Below, one piece after another: positions 38,763 through 52,600 of a stretch of 64,000 nt of DNA (position 1 is the first letter of the stretch; every line of letters begins with the position of its first letter). This stretch comes from Balanoglossus misakiensis (lineage: Eukaryota; Animalia; Hemichordata), in NCBI GenBank assembly GCA_040954595.2, contig CM082578.2:5128831-5192830 (forward strand), in the 5' to 3' direction. The position numbers were made by a program, and so were the translations under genes. Under the pieces are notes generated by a model. The model did no database searches and was not told the DNA's origin. It saw only the letters and a program-made list of their open reading frames with translations.

Positions 38763-41700
38763 ATGATCTTGTCAAGGAAGATCACCAGTCATTTTCCGCA
38801 AATCTGTTCGAACAACACGATGGGTTTACCAAGCGAACGTTCAGGTACGTACAATGCGTAGCCTTTATTCAAAACGTTGTCATATTCTGCAGTACGAGTT
38901 AATGTTTTGGTACCTGCTGTTATAATGTTTCCTGTGTTTCTAACGGATTTTCTTTCCATATTTCCCCACAGCGAAAGAACGCGAACCATTCGAAAAAACT
39001 TACAGTATTGGAAATTTGCTAGGAAGCGGTGGGTTTGGATCGGTATACGCTGGGTCGCGGACCAGAGACAGTTTGCCGGTAAGTATTGCGTGCCCGGTCT
39101 CGTTCCTGCTGTCGTGTTCTCAGTTCCTCGTCTTACATCCTGGTTTCGAATTAAATGTAAACGCGTAATGCGTACTTTCCAGAGGAAGTCTAACGTGTTT
39201 TTTCCGTGTCTTCCTTACAGGTAGCAATAAAGCACGTTTCGAGGGACAAAGTTACAGAGTGGGGCCAGGTAAGCGGGAATTTCGCTCATTTTCCCCATTT
39301 TACACGAAGCCGGCTTTCTGTGTGTACATACACATACGTCAAGCGATCACCCTTTGTTCGCCGGTATGATGGCAGTTTGCCAAGTCGCTTGTATTATGAT
39401 AGAACGCCAGAAGTAAAGCCGGGCTGGCGTTGCCAACAACATACTGGCGTCTGTGGAAATAATTACGCATCAATTTTTACATGAGAGATAATTTCTCATG
39501 AAAATTCCATGTCCTGCAGACCTTCCACAGTATGTGTTTCATAATTTGCGTAAAAGGGTCCACGGCGTGCTTGCTTCTATTCCCGCGTTTTGTAATCCTT
39601 TGTCACCGATGTAAACATTGACTGTTTCAAAATTAGGCATCGTGTTCGATCGATTAGGCAACGGTCGCCTTTCACTTGAATTTTGCGCGGTTTCGTGTTT
39701 TTATTTGTAAATTGTGCGAACAGCCTGTAGTTTTTCTTGCACTTGTGTGGCTTCAGTTGTAGCCGAATCCATTCTTCCGTTCATCTAATACTGCGATCGT
39801 GCTTAGAAACTCTGAGATATGCAAAATCAAATACTATTGAGAAATCTCAAGAAATTCTGCTAATTCTGAAAAAAAAATTCTCTAGTCGATCGTCGCGACG
39901 TCATGTCGATGGCATTAAAAACATTCACTTTGTTATTATGTGGAAATGTTTTGCGTAGAGTAGCAGCAAAAGTACGTGGGCGGATCCGACACTCGGTGCC
40001 ACGAAGCAAGCATGGGCGTCGAATGTCAACGCCTCTTCGACCGTGGTCACGGGATGTTTTTTATTTTATTTTTCACATTCAGTGTTTTGATGTTAACAAA
40101 GTTCTCCTTTCCTCTTACTCATCCAGATCAACGGCCAGGCAGTTCCACTCGAAATCTGTCTCCTACGCAGAGTGTGCGGCGTGAAGGGATGTATACGGCT
40201 GTTGGATTTCTACGAACAGTCCGACGGCTTTATTATGGTCATGGAAAGACCAGAATCTGTGAAGGACTTGTTCGATTTTATCACTGAAAATGGTGCTCTC
40301 AACGAAGATGTGTGTCGAAACTTTCTCAAACAAATTGTAGAGGCGACCTCACGCTGTCACGATGCTGGAGTGGTGCACAGAGACCTTAAAGATGAAAACA
40401 TCCTGGTTGATCTGAAGACCGGTGAATTGAAGCTTATAGATTTTGGGTCAGGAGCTTTCCTCAAAGACACAGTCTACACAGATTTTGATGGTAAGTGTTG
40501 TGCAACTATCATTTGTTATACCTCAGAGGCTGTTGTTTCTATGTGATAGTTTTGTTCTGATAATGACTTGCATGGTAGGAAAGTAAGTGTCTACGTGGAC
40601 GGTCTGTGGTGACAGCAAAGTCTATAAAGTCAGACTTTAAAAAGTAAACCTAAACAATTTCACATTACCCAAGACCAGACTACACAGAAAATGTCTAAAT
40701 CCCCTAAAAGGAATACCAATGTCATTTGAGATGTAGGGCAAATTGCAGAACGTGTGGCCTCCGCGAACAAGACCTTAATCAGTTCTTAAGGCCAGTAGAC
40801 CAAACACCGGCGTTCTGCTATAGGCAGTGCACCAGGCGTCATAACAAGTTTCAGGGCCAAAAATCAATGTTGACTTTGTACTAGTAACCTTGGTTAAATC
40901 AGATCTGAAGGACATTCCAAAATCTGGAGGAAAAACTTGATCTTCCAATTAAATCACTCGGCTCTGCTTTATGGTGTTGCCAAAAAAAATGTTCTTGTGA
41001 TTTTTGGCTAGGCTCGAATCTTCCATGATAATTGATATGACATTGGTTAGAACCTGTACAGAAGAAAAAAAATCTGCATTTGTGTCTTTGCACATTTCTG
41101 GCAAAGTAGTTTTAAATGGCATTTAATATTTATATACGCTAAGGAGGTACATTTTTTTACCAGCAGAGTGAGAGATATGTATGATTTGCATAGGAATGCG
41201 TTGCCTCCCATTTTGTTGAATTGACCTTTCTTGTAAATACGGCGCATTGATAATAGTGATAAAGCGTACCAGCCTACGCCCAAGAATTTGTCCCCCCGCC
41301 CTCTTGTAAGTTGTAGAAATGGACAGTTTAGATCTTCTGTCAGTCTTGTGCACACTTTCAACAAAGCAGGGGTCGTTAATGTTTGGATTGTATTGAAGTG
41401 CATAGTTTGCCAATTGTCCTAAATCAGCTGAGCGGGCTCTGCCCATGGTGTGACCAGGTCATTAACATATCATGTCACTGTGACCGGTCAATGAGACAGG
41501 CATTGTTGCGATAAGGTTTATGCAAGTCATAGGGCCATACTGGTTTATGGTGGAGTTGGATGCAAGGGCCTAAATTACTTTCACGATCTTCTAGTCAAAA
41601 AATGACAGCTGCATTGACAAGTGCAACTTTTTTTTTGCATTTCAAAATTACGTTTTAGTTGGCCTTGTATGGACAACCCCCAGTGCATTATGACTTGCAT

Positions 41701-42374
41701 TACTAACTATCTTGGTGGCATTCTTTGCATGCATTAGATACATTCATTGAATACCACAAGCGGTCTAATAAGAGACCCAGACAGCAGCGTCCGTCTGCAG
41801 TCTCAAATGCCATTGTCTCGTAGAATTTCTGTGAATGACCTTTTCCTTCTATGTGTCTGTCTGGTCTACAGGTACAAGAGTGTACAGTCCTCCAGAGTGG
41901 ATTAGATTTCACCGATACCACGGGCGCTCAGCGGCCGTGTGGTCTCTTGGAATCCTTCTGTACGACATGGCGTGCGGGGATATTCCCTTTGAACATGACG
42001 ACGAGATCTGTCGGGCCGAACTCGGCTTCAGACGCCGACTGTCGTGCGAACTACAGGACTTGATCCGCTGGATGCTTTCCATTAGACCCTCCAATCGGCC
42101 GACGCTCGAACAAATCCTGGAACATCCGTGGATGCAGAAAGGTTTGAGTAGTAAAACCTCGGAGTGCATGAAGAACTCGCTAGAGCAGCAGGCCGGCGGT
42201 CGCGGGAATTTTGAATCGTCCGCCAGCACCTGCAGCAGTGTGAACAGCAGCGAGGAGAACGTCAGTGACATTAAAGCTTCCATTAGCGAGGAAAGTGTTG
42301 AATCGTCGTCCAGCAGTGACTCTAGTCTAGGAAGCGACAGCAGTCTTCAATCAGACGACTCCGCAGGAAGATAA
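38763..42374 (+). CDS. PIM: PIM-family serine/threonine kinase (5 exons, 367 aa; co-orthologue of PIM1/2/3)
   Basis: Exons 38763-38844 ([27 protein letters not shown]), 38972-39078 ([27 protein letters not shown]), 39221-39268 (VAIKHV), 40127-40490 (PIM-diagnostic hinge [16 protein letters not shown]) and 41872-42374 ([11 protein letters not shown]) total 1104 nt. All GT-AG and phase-compatible. Exon 1 is the least certain. Confidence 0.95.
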
Positions 42375-43237
42375 TCTGGACTTCAAAAACAATGACATTG
42401 TCAGTGAACATTTTAATGACACTGATTTTTTTATTTAAATATCAAGTGACTGATTTTCACTGGTATCTCCGTTTTGCCTGGAACCAGTGCAATGACACTG
42501 CCAGTCCAACAACAACCGCCCTCCCCTTTCTCCCCTCGCACAACTACAAGTTAAATATTCGATGGGACGTGCAATAGTCGTGTGAAACCTGGCGAACTTC
42601 TTGTATCCAAGTCGAATATGTTTCCTTAGCCGGTGTGCCAGTTTGCAGTCTCTCCAAGGTCACTTCAAAAAGAACCGGTGACCCGACACCTGTGCTAATT
42701 GACTGGACATGGCCAAAAAACGACTAGGAATATTTCAATGGACAAAAATCAACTCCATCAAGACACAGTCTCGTTTAAAAGAGAAGTCGACAGTTTTTGC
42801 ACTTTCCTTTAAATTATATTTTTAGTACATGTTTGTGTGCTGGGAGGACGATATCTCTTCCATCCAGTTTTGTTGAGCGACTTTTAATGTGTATATACAT
42901 ATTTATGTGTATTTATTGAGAGATATTTTATGGAGTAAACCATGTTTGAAAACTGGCTGGAGGTAGGACTTCACTGTAAATATAATTTCCTCCAGTCAAA
43001 TGAGTAGATGTTAGAAATTGTCTGAGAGAATCAAAATGCAACACCAAAATGCAATTGAATTATTTATTTTGCCAGTAAAATTGATAATGTACTCCATTCT
43101 GTGGAGACCCTAAGTTAAAAAAATGAACCTTGAATTCCCTGGGTTTTGTTTGGAATTTCATTTTGAAATGCATGAAGTTTTAATATTTGTACATAAGAGT
43201 TCCTTGTATTTTTTTATATGAATTCCTGAATGTCATG

Positions 43238-43243
43238 AATAAA
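43238..43243 (+). terminator. Probable PIM polyadenylation signal
   Basis: AATAAA ~860 nt after the stop, with TGTA elements upstream and T/GT-rich sequence downstream. Confidence 0.6.
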
Positions 43244-43536
43244 GCTTTTGAGCAAAGTTTTGTATGAAGTAAAAAAAATAGTTTCTGTAGTTTTGAGTGA
43301 CCCCCATCTCCCCAACCAAGACTGACATTACACTAACTGTATTCTACACACACTGCCAGAACTGATCAAAAGAAACTTGAGTTAACATGCAATACTGAAT
43401 TTCAACATGGATGTTTGCAAATTGAAACCAGAAAAAAAAAAAATCCTGTGCATACTCTTGGAAAAACAATAATCTGTGACATTTCTGAATTTCGAAAACT
43501 GACTAGATCCTTGCCCTTTTCAGCTCATGTACACTC

Positions 43537-43619
43537 TGGCACAGTTCACATATGAACTCTGTGCTTTTAGTCTTGCATGGCACAATTCACATATGAACTC
43601 TGTGCTTTTAGTCTTGCAT
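43537..43619. repeat. Two-copy 41-bp tandem repeat
   Basis: TGGCACA(G/A)TTCACATATGAACTCTGTGCTTTTAGTCTTGCA twice, one mismatch. Confidence 0.9.
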
Positions 43620-46600
43620 AAAAACGACTGTGTCGCAGCACAGACCCTTGAGAAAAGGTCGTTACATCACAAAACATGTGAGCATCATGCGTACACCCAT
43701 GCTGGAAAGACGGTCTTCACATGGGCCTATTGTTCTGCCTGGCAATCAGATAGTGCAGTTTACCTTTGGCAAGGTACGAACTAGAATTGGCCAGGTGATC
43801 ATTAATCATCATTTTGGAGTGCCAAATTCCAGATAAGGGGACGGAGTACACCATTTACATAGAGCATGATACGGGGCATGTGATTCTACACTAAATCCAC
43901 GTGCAGTATGGGCGCCATTACTTGGTTCGTATATATTGCAATGGGCTGATCAATATATCTAGGCTGAATATATTATATGATTTAATAGATATAGAGAGGC
44001 AGCAGCGAAATTTTCATGTAAGGCGTCTCCCATGCCCCTTCTTAATATATTGGTATTTTATTACTCATGAATTAACAAAGAAAATTGTTCTCATTTTACA
44101 CCCAGCCTTAACCTGCTACCGTAGGCCAATCTTGTTTGTGGTGATACGCTTGAACGTGACTGTGGTTTGTAAACCGACGAACGCTAGTTTTTTTTCTGCC
44201 CTTGAACGCCTCCCTTTCCTTTGGAGTCTCCTGCAAGGAAAAGGCCTTGCCAACCAATTACGCTGTCAATCACTTTAACAAAAAAACGGAGGGTCTTCCA
44301 TAGTTCCTGTGAGATTACAACAAATATGAACAAAGGACACATTCATGCCGCCGATCCATTCATCTCCCATTCACGTAAAAACACGACTCAGCCAACTAGC
44401 TGCGTGTATATGCAAAGCGAACGAACACGCCGATCGTTCATTTTATCCGCTACAAAGTAAAACAGGTTCCATATATCCACCCAAACAAACGCGGACACTT
44501 TCCTTGTATGAGACCAATAAAAACGGGCAAATTAAACTGCGAGGTTGTAACATTTTATTTAATGGCTTTACACACGCGCGTGTCGTTTTCCCGCCATTTC
44601 CACGCGGCGTACGACGCACAGAAGGCCATTGGAGGAGAGACGATCACGTTCGACCTTCAGTCAACTGTGTGTGGGTCATATATCTTTCATTCATTTGCAT
44701 TATGCCGGCTCCGAGTCTGAGCAAGGTCAAACCAAGGACAGCGAATCAGGAAGATGCCGGCTTTCCGTCGTCTCAGCCTTGAAAATTCTCGTGCCATTTT
44801 ACAAATGAAATACATTTTTGATAATTTCAGAAGAAGTCGCGTTCAGGAAATTTTTGAGAATGGCGACGTCTGGATGATTTAGCTAGCGAGTGGAGGCAGT
44901 AGTATTTCTAATTTAGCGACGTACTACAATATTTACGTCTACTATACTATACGCCAACCGAGCTCGCTCGCAGCATACCCCGAACATAAACCCTGTTCGC
45001 GTACGATAAAATTCTGGCAGAAGCCAGAGCGTTGCATAAGAATGTCTTGGCATGCCATCCGTGCGAATTTGCGCTACATTTTCTCCACCTTTTATATGCA
45101 TAAAAAGAAACCCATTTTTGTCGGTGCTACATTTGTAGAGCTGCAAAGAGTCAAGGTTACATCCTGTATTAATTGCTGTTCTTGACCCTTCGTGCATGAA
45201 TTAGGCTTAGAACATTATGTCTATGGCTATGCAGAGGCTGATAGCTGCAATTTTTCTCCTGAAATTTTACTCGTACTGTATTGATAAGTACATAAACTTG
45301 CATCATGATTGTGTTTCGAATTGAAGAGAGGGGTCAAGTCGGGAGAGATGGTGCTTTTAAACGGGACCTAACGATATTTCTAATTTCAGACAAGTGCCAT
45401 CCAGGGTCCGATGCATTTGTAGGGAGATTAAAATGACTACATAAACGATACTTAAAAATTTCCATCGGTTACTTCAATCTCTCCCCCTCCATGAAGTGCT
45501 TCGTGCGTACGTGTTACATGCCCTATTTAAACGTGCAGCCGGTAATTTACAAAACAAAATTGTCGGTTTTTATATATAAATGGAGCCTGGGACGTGATAG
45601 AACATTTCTCCTTGAATGTAGAATGTTGACAAACACGCTCTATTACTATGATCACTATGACATTGCCATGGCTTTTTCATTACCTTCGCATTTCACCTTC
45701 GAACAACAAGAATGGATCTTTACCATAAACAAGCCAGACTCTAGCCCTGGATGTCTTCCGTGCAAATTGTACTATTCCCCTGCAGTAATTATACAAACAA
45801 TTAACACACATTTATTATAATATATATATTTTATTGCGTTTCGACTGGTCCGATACAAAGTGCTCAATACCAAAGGAGATATATACCGATACCAAATCGA
45901 GTTTATTTATTGGTAACCTGACTTCTGCATGGATGGTGAATATCCAACGGTAACATTTTTACTTCCGATCAAAATGATCACTACAGTACAACGTTGGTAC
46001 AAAGTCGGTTCAACGGTAAACTTCAGAAACTTTGATCAGGAGCGCAAGAGTTGCAATGTCACACACAAGGTCGCGGGGGGGGGGGGGGGTAAACCGGCCC
46101 GTGTGGATGTCAGACCGTATCATATGCACAATGGCGCGAAATTCGCACACTTTGATCATTGGTTATTATAGTCACGGTGCTTTATGTCAAGGGCCTTGAA
46201 CTGTCCGTGTCCCGGGGGCCGTGTGGGAACGATAGCTACCGTGCGATCTCCTCACTGTAGAACCTGCCGAAAAGTTTGTTTAGAAACTGAAGACGGGTGC
46301 ATGCTACATTTAATTTTAAAAATCAAACCGATAGACTAACATATGACCGAAAAAGGTCGAGCTTCAGCGAAGGGTCAGCCAAGTGGTTCGGTGCACATGT
46401 AAACCAGGGGCTCACATACACAACAAGTGCGTATTAAAACACACATCTCTTTAATATTGAGACACAAACATACAAGCAAACAGCCAACATACCGAGAAAG
46501 TATTCCAATCCCATTTAAGAAAAATAATCTAATTATACAAAAGACGTGGTGCAAAAAACGATACTATAGTATTATAGGCCTAAAGTGTTGCAAATCTGCC

Positions 46601-49600
46601 CGTCTGTATATTATTGCCTGTCTGACACCCTCCGTGGCGACAATTACTGCCACGTGCCAAGCTAATTAGGCCTATAAAATAGTCTCGTCAACGCATGATT
46701 TGCCTGCCGCAGACGCAGTGGCAATCAGAATTCATTCCCACATCTGCTTTTCCCCGGCGTCTGAACTTTTCCCGATCTGCACACAGTCCGGGCATGCCAT
46801 TGAAAATTTCACTCATGCAGCCGTGTCTGTTGTCCTCCAGATGCCCTCAGTGCACAGTGACAGGCGGTGGTTGACCCAAACATTTACGCGATGACACGAA
46901 CGCTGTAGTGTAGTGACATGATACAGTTTCCCCGAGCGAGAGTCGTTCTGCCGGGGACGATCTGTTCCTGTCGCGATCGAGTGACAGCTGGTCCAACCTT
47001 CTCATCAACGTGAACAGGCTTTCCGTGCGGCTAACTGCACCTGCACGCACATAAAGTAGCAATGTAAGGCCAAGGTCGGGACGAAGGAAAGTGACAAAAA
47101 AGTGCCGGTTTGAGAAGGGGGCAAGGGAGGATGAGGGCGGCGTACAGGTAGCGGAGGTTGGCGTTGGGGATAGGGGGAAACGAGGTGGGGGTAGGGGGAA
47201 AACGAGGTACTCCGCCGGTGAGGTACATGGAAGGCAGGCGAGCAATATTAAGAGACTTGGGCCTAAATTTAACAGAAATAGGAGGGAGTACTTATATGCG
47301 CAGAGCATTGATCACATGGGATGATGCTATGACGAGCGGGATAGTCTGTGGGGAGCTCGGGACATCGGCCAGGAGACAATGGGGAAAAAGTACGTAGCAT
47401 GGCAGTTAGGGGCGTGGCCACGAAATGCGGAGACGAGAAATAAACGTTTACAAGTACATGTAGTAGAAGTTGTAGAATGAAAATCAAAAAATTAAGTGAA
47501 AAAAAAATTATTATTTTTTATTTCACAAGATTTAAGTCATGAAAGTGGGAAATTTGTTTTGAAATACAAAGAATTGAACTTTCATATTTGCAGACTTTTA
47601 GCCTGCCATTGTAAAATATGCCTAGAAGGCTATTGCATCATCTCAAGTCGGTGTTGGCAGCTGTAGAAACATTTTACTGAACACCCAATGCATTGCCACA
47701 CCGCATTCCATCTGCATGGCTTAGGATTGCACAAAATTGTCTGACCAAACTGAAATAGAAAAAACAAACAAGAGAGAAATAATTAATATAAATAACATTT
47801 TCCCACTATCACTCTATTGTTGTAAAGAATGTTATCAGAGCCGCACATTTCTTTTAGCAATTTCTTAATTTTTTTTTAGGTCAAAGACTAAATAAACGTC
47901 TGCGACATCATGTAATATTTATTACATCCACATCCAATCCATCTATTCATGCAGATGCACATACATACATACATACATATGCACTTTTTTGTTTGACGTT
48001 TGGGAAATTCTCTATGGAGGCTGTGAATGAAGGGTTTTGCTGGTATCGTGATTACTCCACTATTGAACAGGAACTGAATTACAAGCATTATTCTATAAAT
48101 AACACATTTCACATGTAACAATAGATTCTGATGCAGACATACCGGCAAAATAGTTTTTAAAAACACAGTATTACAATTGACCGTAGTTTATCAGCGGGAA
48201 ACCAATATCATTTTACAAAAATAAAAAATTAATTTATAGATCGGTAAGATCGGTAATTCATATTGAATGATGGATTCTGTTTGTGTTTTGTGTGTGTGCT
48301 GATAACAACAGAAGCTTTGTACTATATTTGAGCCAGCAGAGCCAAACATAGACAGAATTATACCGCTATTGGAAAGCTGTCTACCCATAAAGTTAAAAAT
48401 AGCAACAGATATTTGCAAGGTTATTTAGGTATTCCAGTCAGTCGCCTGGTGATGTTTCTCACCAAATGCAAACAGCATATAAATAGCATGTTTGGAGGAT
48501 TTTGGGCCAAGAAGTGAGTTTTCCAAGTCTTAAATTCTTATGATTGGTTTTCCCCATCTCTAAAACTACAGATGTGAGATTCCCACCAAAATCAGGAATC
48601 TGATATTTCCCCCCAGACACTTCTGGTGGTAAAAATAGCCACAGATTAAAATGGCAGTGGTCATCCTGTGTTCTAGGATGCTATATTTAACATGTATGAT
48701 AACTTATGTCAATATTACAAGCTGACCAAGGACTTATTAGGTAAATTTTTATGTGAAGAAAAAAAATTGATGCTAAAAATAAACGACTGAATTATCAATG
48801 GACGATATTTGATATGATGCGAGCGTTATTTAAAGGTGCTGGCAAAATGTTAATGGATGGTCGTTATATCACTTAATTATGCCATTCATTTATTTCTCCA
48901 TGTAATATGTTTCATAATTTTATCTGAAATCAAATATTTCCGGAGTTACAGATACTGTGTTGAATTTAAAGATTCTGTTTATCTGGAAGCCCCTTCCTGG
49001 CTTGCACAAAACACCAATCTTATCTAGTGCCGTGCTCCCTGCTACCATTGCAGTGAGAAAAAGCCATCTGTTTTGCCATGTGATACCTATATTTATCAAC
49101 ATACAGGAACAAATAAAAGCATTTAGTAGTTTTTTTATCTTTTTATTGGGGGGGGGGGGGGGGTTAGAGAAATTCAGTCCCAACTTATGGCAGTTTACCC
49201 CCCCCCCCCCCCCCCCCACCAGCCAAATAGTATGTTTGCTTGGAGATCATACAATTAAAATATCCCATTCCTTGAATTGCAAATTCCGACATTCTGTTTC
49301 AAACCGTGTGTGGGAAATATATCCTGGAGCTCAACAGTCGGATATTCTTTTTTATTCCTCAGAGAAAATTCAACATTTAATTTAGTAATTGTCATTCAAG
49401 GATTGTTGAACTGAAAGTCTGACAATATTTTTCACAATTTATTTCAATTTCCTAGATGTTGCATCACATCGTCACAGTCAGAAACATTTATTGATCGGAC
49501 AGATTAATATACTTTTCCACTGATCACACCTGAGAAGTCGGATTAGAAGTTCACCTACAGTATGCTGTAATTGATACATTATGTCAAAATTTCCGAGGTA

Positions 49601-52600
49601 ACATATGCATCGAGAAATACAGAAATTACGCTAGCCTAAAATCGAGCAGACAGCAGAAAGTGACCTTTTTTTTCTAGTGTCTAATTTCACAGCCTCGCTA
49701 AACCGAATCACCTGTGTCTGGTTACAGCCATTGATGCCACGACAGAAAAAGTCATTTGAGGTAACACGGTCAAGGCTAAGGCATGCACATACATTAGGGT
49801 TTATGACTAGACGCCTACTACTAGGTAAATAGTAGCGCACGCACACTCAGCAGACCCGATATGACCCCATCATGTATTCATGCTTCAACCGACAGTGAGT
49901 GAAGTATTGCAGCCTGCTCGTGCTTCTACTTGATTACACCGACGCCTACATACACCTCATTATAATAATTACTATTTTACTCAGAAGTAACTGGTTAACG
50001 CCGCAGGGATAATATGGGCCGGTTTCAGATTATGACAACGTACGTGGGATTCTGAGAAGCGCTTCTGTAGGTTTTAGTCAAGTTCAAGGTGCTGTTTTGA
50101 GTGCTTATTGAAGCCGCAACCACGCGATGGAACACTGGATGATACCGGCTTTACGGAAAAAAATTAATAAAAAAAAAAAGTAACATTATGGGTGGGTTTT
50201 TGTTTTGAGTTGTCATTTCGCTCTACAAAGACAACTGGATGTGCATGATTCTAAAGAATTGCAACACTCTTCCTTAGGCGTCTGTAGTTGTAAATGAATT
50301 TGGTTAAGTCGAGACAGTCACATTTAAAATGACCTGGACGCCCCTTGATACTGTCTCCAGTCTAAAGCAGCATTTTCCCTCTCACAATTAACTGATCCTG
50401 GTTGCAAGGAGCCAAATAATGCGTCAACATACCTGTGACGCCCGTGTAACTAAGCCAGCTATAAACCTCATTTTAGTCAATATCACCCTAAAAAATCATG
50501 CTTTCAAGTGTAAATGCTGGTGTCTCATAGCTGACCTTTTGGAGTGTCTCACAAGTCTGTCAACTGGAAATTAAATATAACACACGCTATTCAAATGAAA
50601 AATTAACTTTTAATTGCTTCACAGCCATTGGTCAGACGGTTCTTTATTGCCTCCAAGCCTACATATGGGGGTAACCGGGTGTTTAATGAGGATTATTTAC
50701 AAGGGGATCATATAAAGTAATAAAAAAATGAAAATTGGTTTTTGAAAATTCCGAGAAAATGCAGCACTATATTCTACATGATTTCACATTAGGTTTTGCT
50801 GGGGACTGAAAATATTTGCTTGCTTTTGATCAGCTATAGAGATGTGCCTTGTCTCAACCTTTGCTGGGTTTTTTGCTGTTCTTGTTATGCTTCTGTATGT
50901 CATCTGTCTGTACAGCTGATTTGAATCTGATTGGGCTCTTCATTTTTTTTAACTATAGAAATTATTACCTGTAGAATGCTGTAAAATACTTTAATACAAG
51001 CTAATTTGTCGTAATATCTTATAATATTACGTTGATAATTTTTCGCAATTTTGTTTCATACAGTAAATGAATTAGTATTTTTGTTAAACTATACTTTCTA
51101 ACAAAAATGCCAAATTGAAGAATCTGAAGACTCACAACTGATTATCAAGATTAATCCATAATTCTTAAATCAATCGTTAAATATTCTTCGAATCGTATCA
51201 CATGTCTTTATAAACTATTTTTAAGAAATGCGCATATGTGCAATACCTTGTGTCGGTCTCTGTTAACGGTATTTTATGGAGGTTCAAATGCGCCTTCTTC
51301 TGAATTGCCTTATGGTTATATTTGGTTGCACTGCCAAGGTTATATTAACAACAAAAATGGATTTGCATTGACCCCTCAGTATTTTATTTCACCTAGGCTA
51401 ACCTAGGCAAGGTTAATGTTGAAATAAAAACTGGGGAACATGAGAATGATATTATCAAAGCATCAGCAGATGTATTGACTGAGGTGAGCTCGTATTTCAT
51501 AAGGTACTGGGTGCAAGGTTTGATTTAATTGTGATGAACTCCTTTCAAGGGTTGGAAGGCTGGAGGATACTACTTTAACCTGCATAAACATCTAACTTGA
51601 TGAAAATATTAATGTTCGTGGGTTATTATTTGTAAAGTCAGAGAATTTACAGGGCTACTGATTATTTCCATACAAGTTAAATAAACTAAAAAACTAAAAG
51701 CACACTGCTTGTAAAGAGATGATTGCCATCCAAACAACAACAATAAAACAACAACAACAAACTATACTCCAAACCTGTTGATTTATAAGCAATGTTTATT
51801 CAATGGAGGCTAAATGCAAACAAGAGATATGCAATGCAGTGGGCCATCTAAAAACATCCAGTCAACAGTGCTTCACACCTAGTTACAATAGATGAGACCA
51901 GGTCACATGATACAACAGTCACACCTGGTGCTTTTTCCCAGAATGCACGATTTTGAGGCCCTACAAAATCAGTTTTTTTTTTATTTTACCAAAAACAGGT
52001 GACTTATGGTTGGTGAAAATGACTTCTATCATCTAATAACCAATCTCCCCAATATTTATATATGCAAAGAGTATGCTATTTTGAATGTGTAAATTTTGCT
52101 TTCCATTTAGATAAGTAGTGCATGTAAGATTTTTACTCTCTAAGGAAAAGTAGGTGTAAACTTGTAGATTTTTTCCAGTATTTTTTGTTCAGTGTATCAA
52201 CTATCCGGTACACTTTCTTGTTCTTGCATGTTAAAATTGCCCAGTATTCTTCTTGCCAAAAGCAAGTACATCTCTGTAATGGCCATTGTTATTGTTGACA
52301 TTATTTCATCTGAGCTGTAATGGTAAGCTAAATACTTGACATATCAAGAAAACTGCAAACAAAGCAAAAACAACACAGAGCAAAAAACTGAAAAAAGCCA
52401 AATCTGTACAGCTAATATTGCATTTTAAAGAAAAAACACTGATGACTTTATATGACACTACATTAAAGACTTTATATATTATATGTAGAACAATTCAACC
52501 CCGGTCCCTGGCGGTCAGTCAAATTGGCTTGTCCATGCCTGCAAAGACTATATCACATTATGTTAATGACATACGCGCCTCCACACCCATGTAATGTAAT

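Noticed and set aside
46847-47308. 153-aa minus-strand ORF as a stand-alone gene
   Set aside because: Its N-terminal half is the translation of a C-run low-complexity tract; only the part after the 47041 acceptor is kept as a candidate exon.
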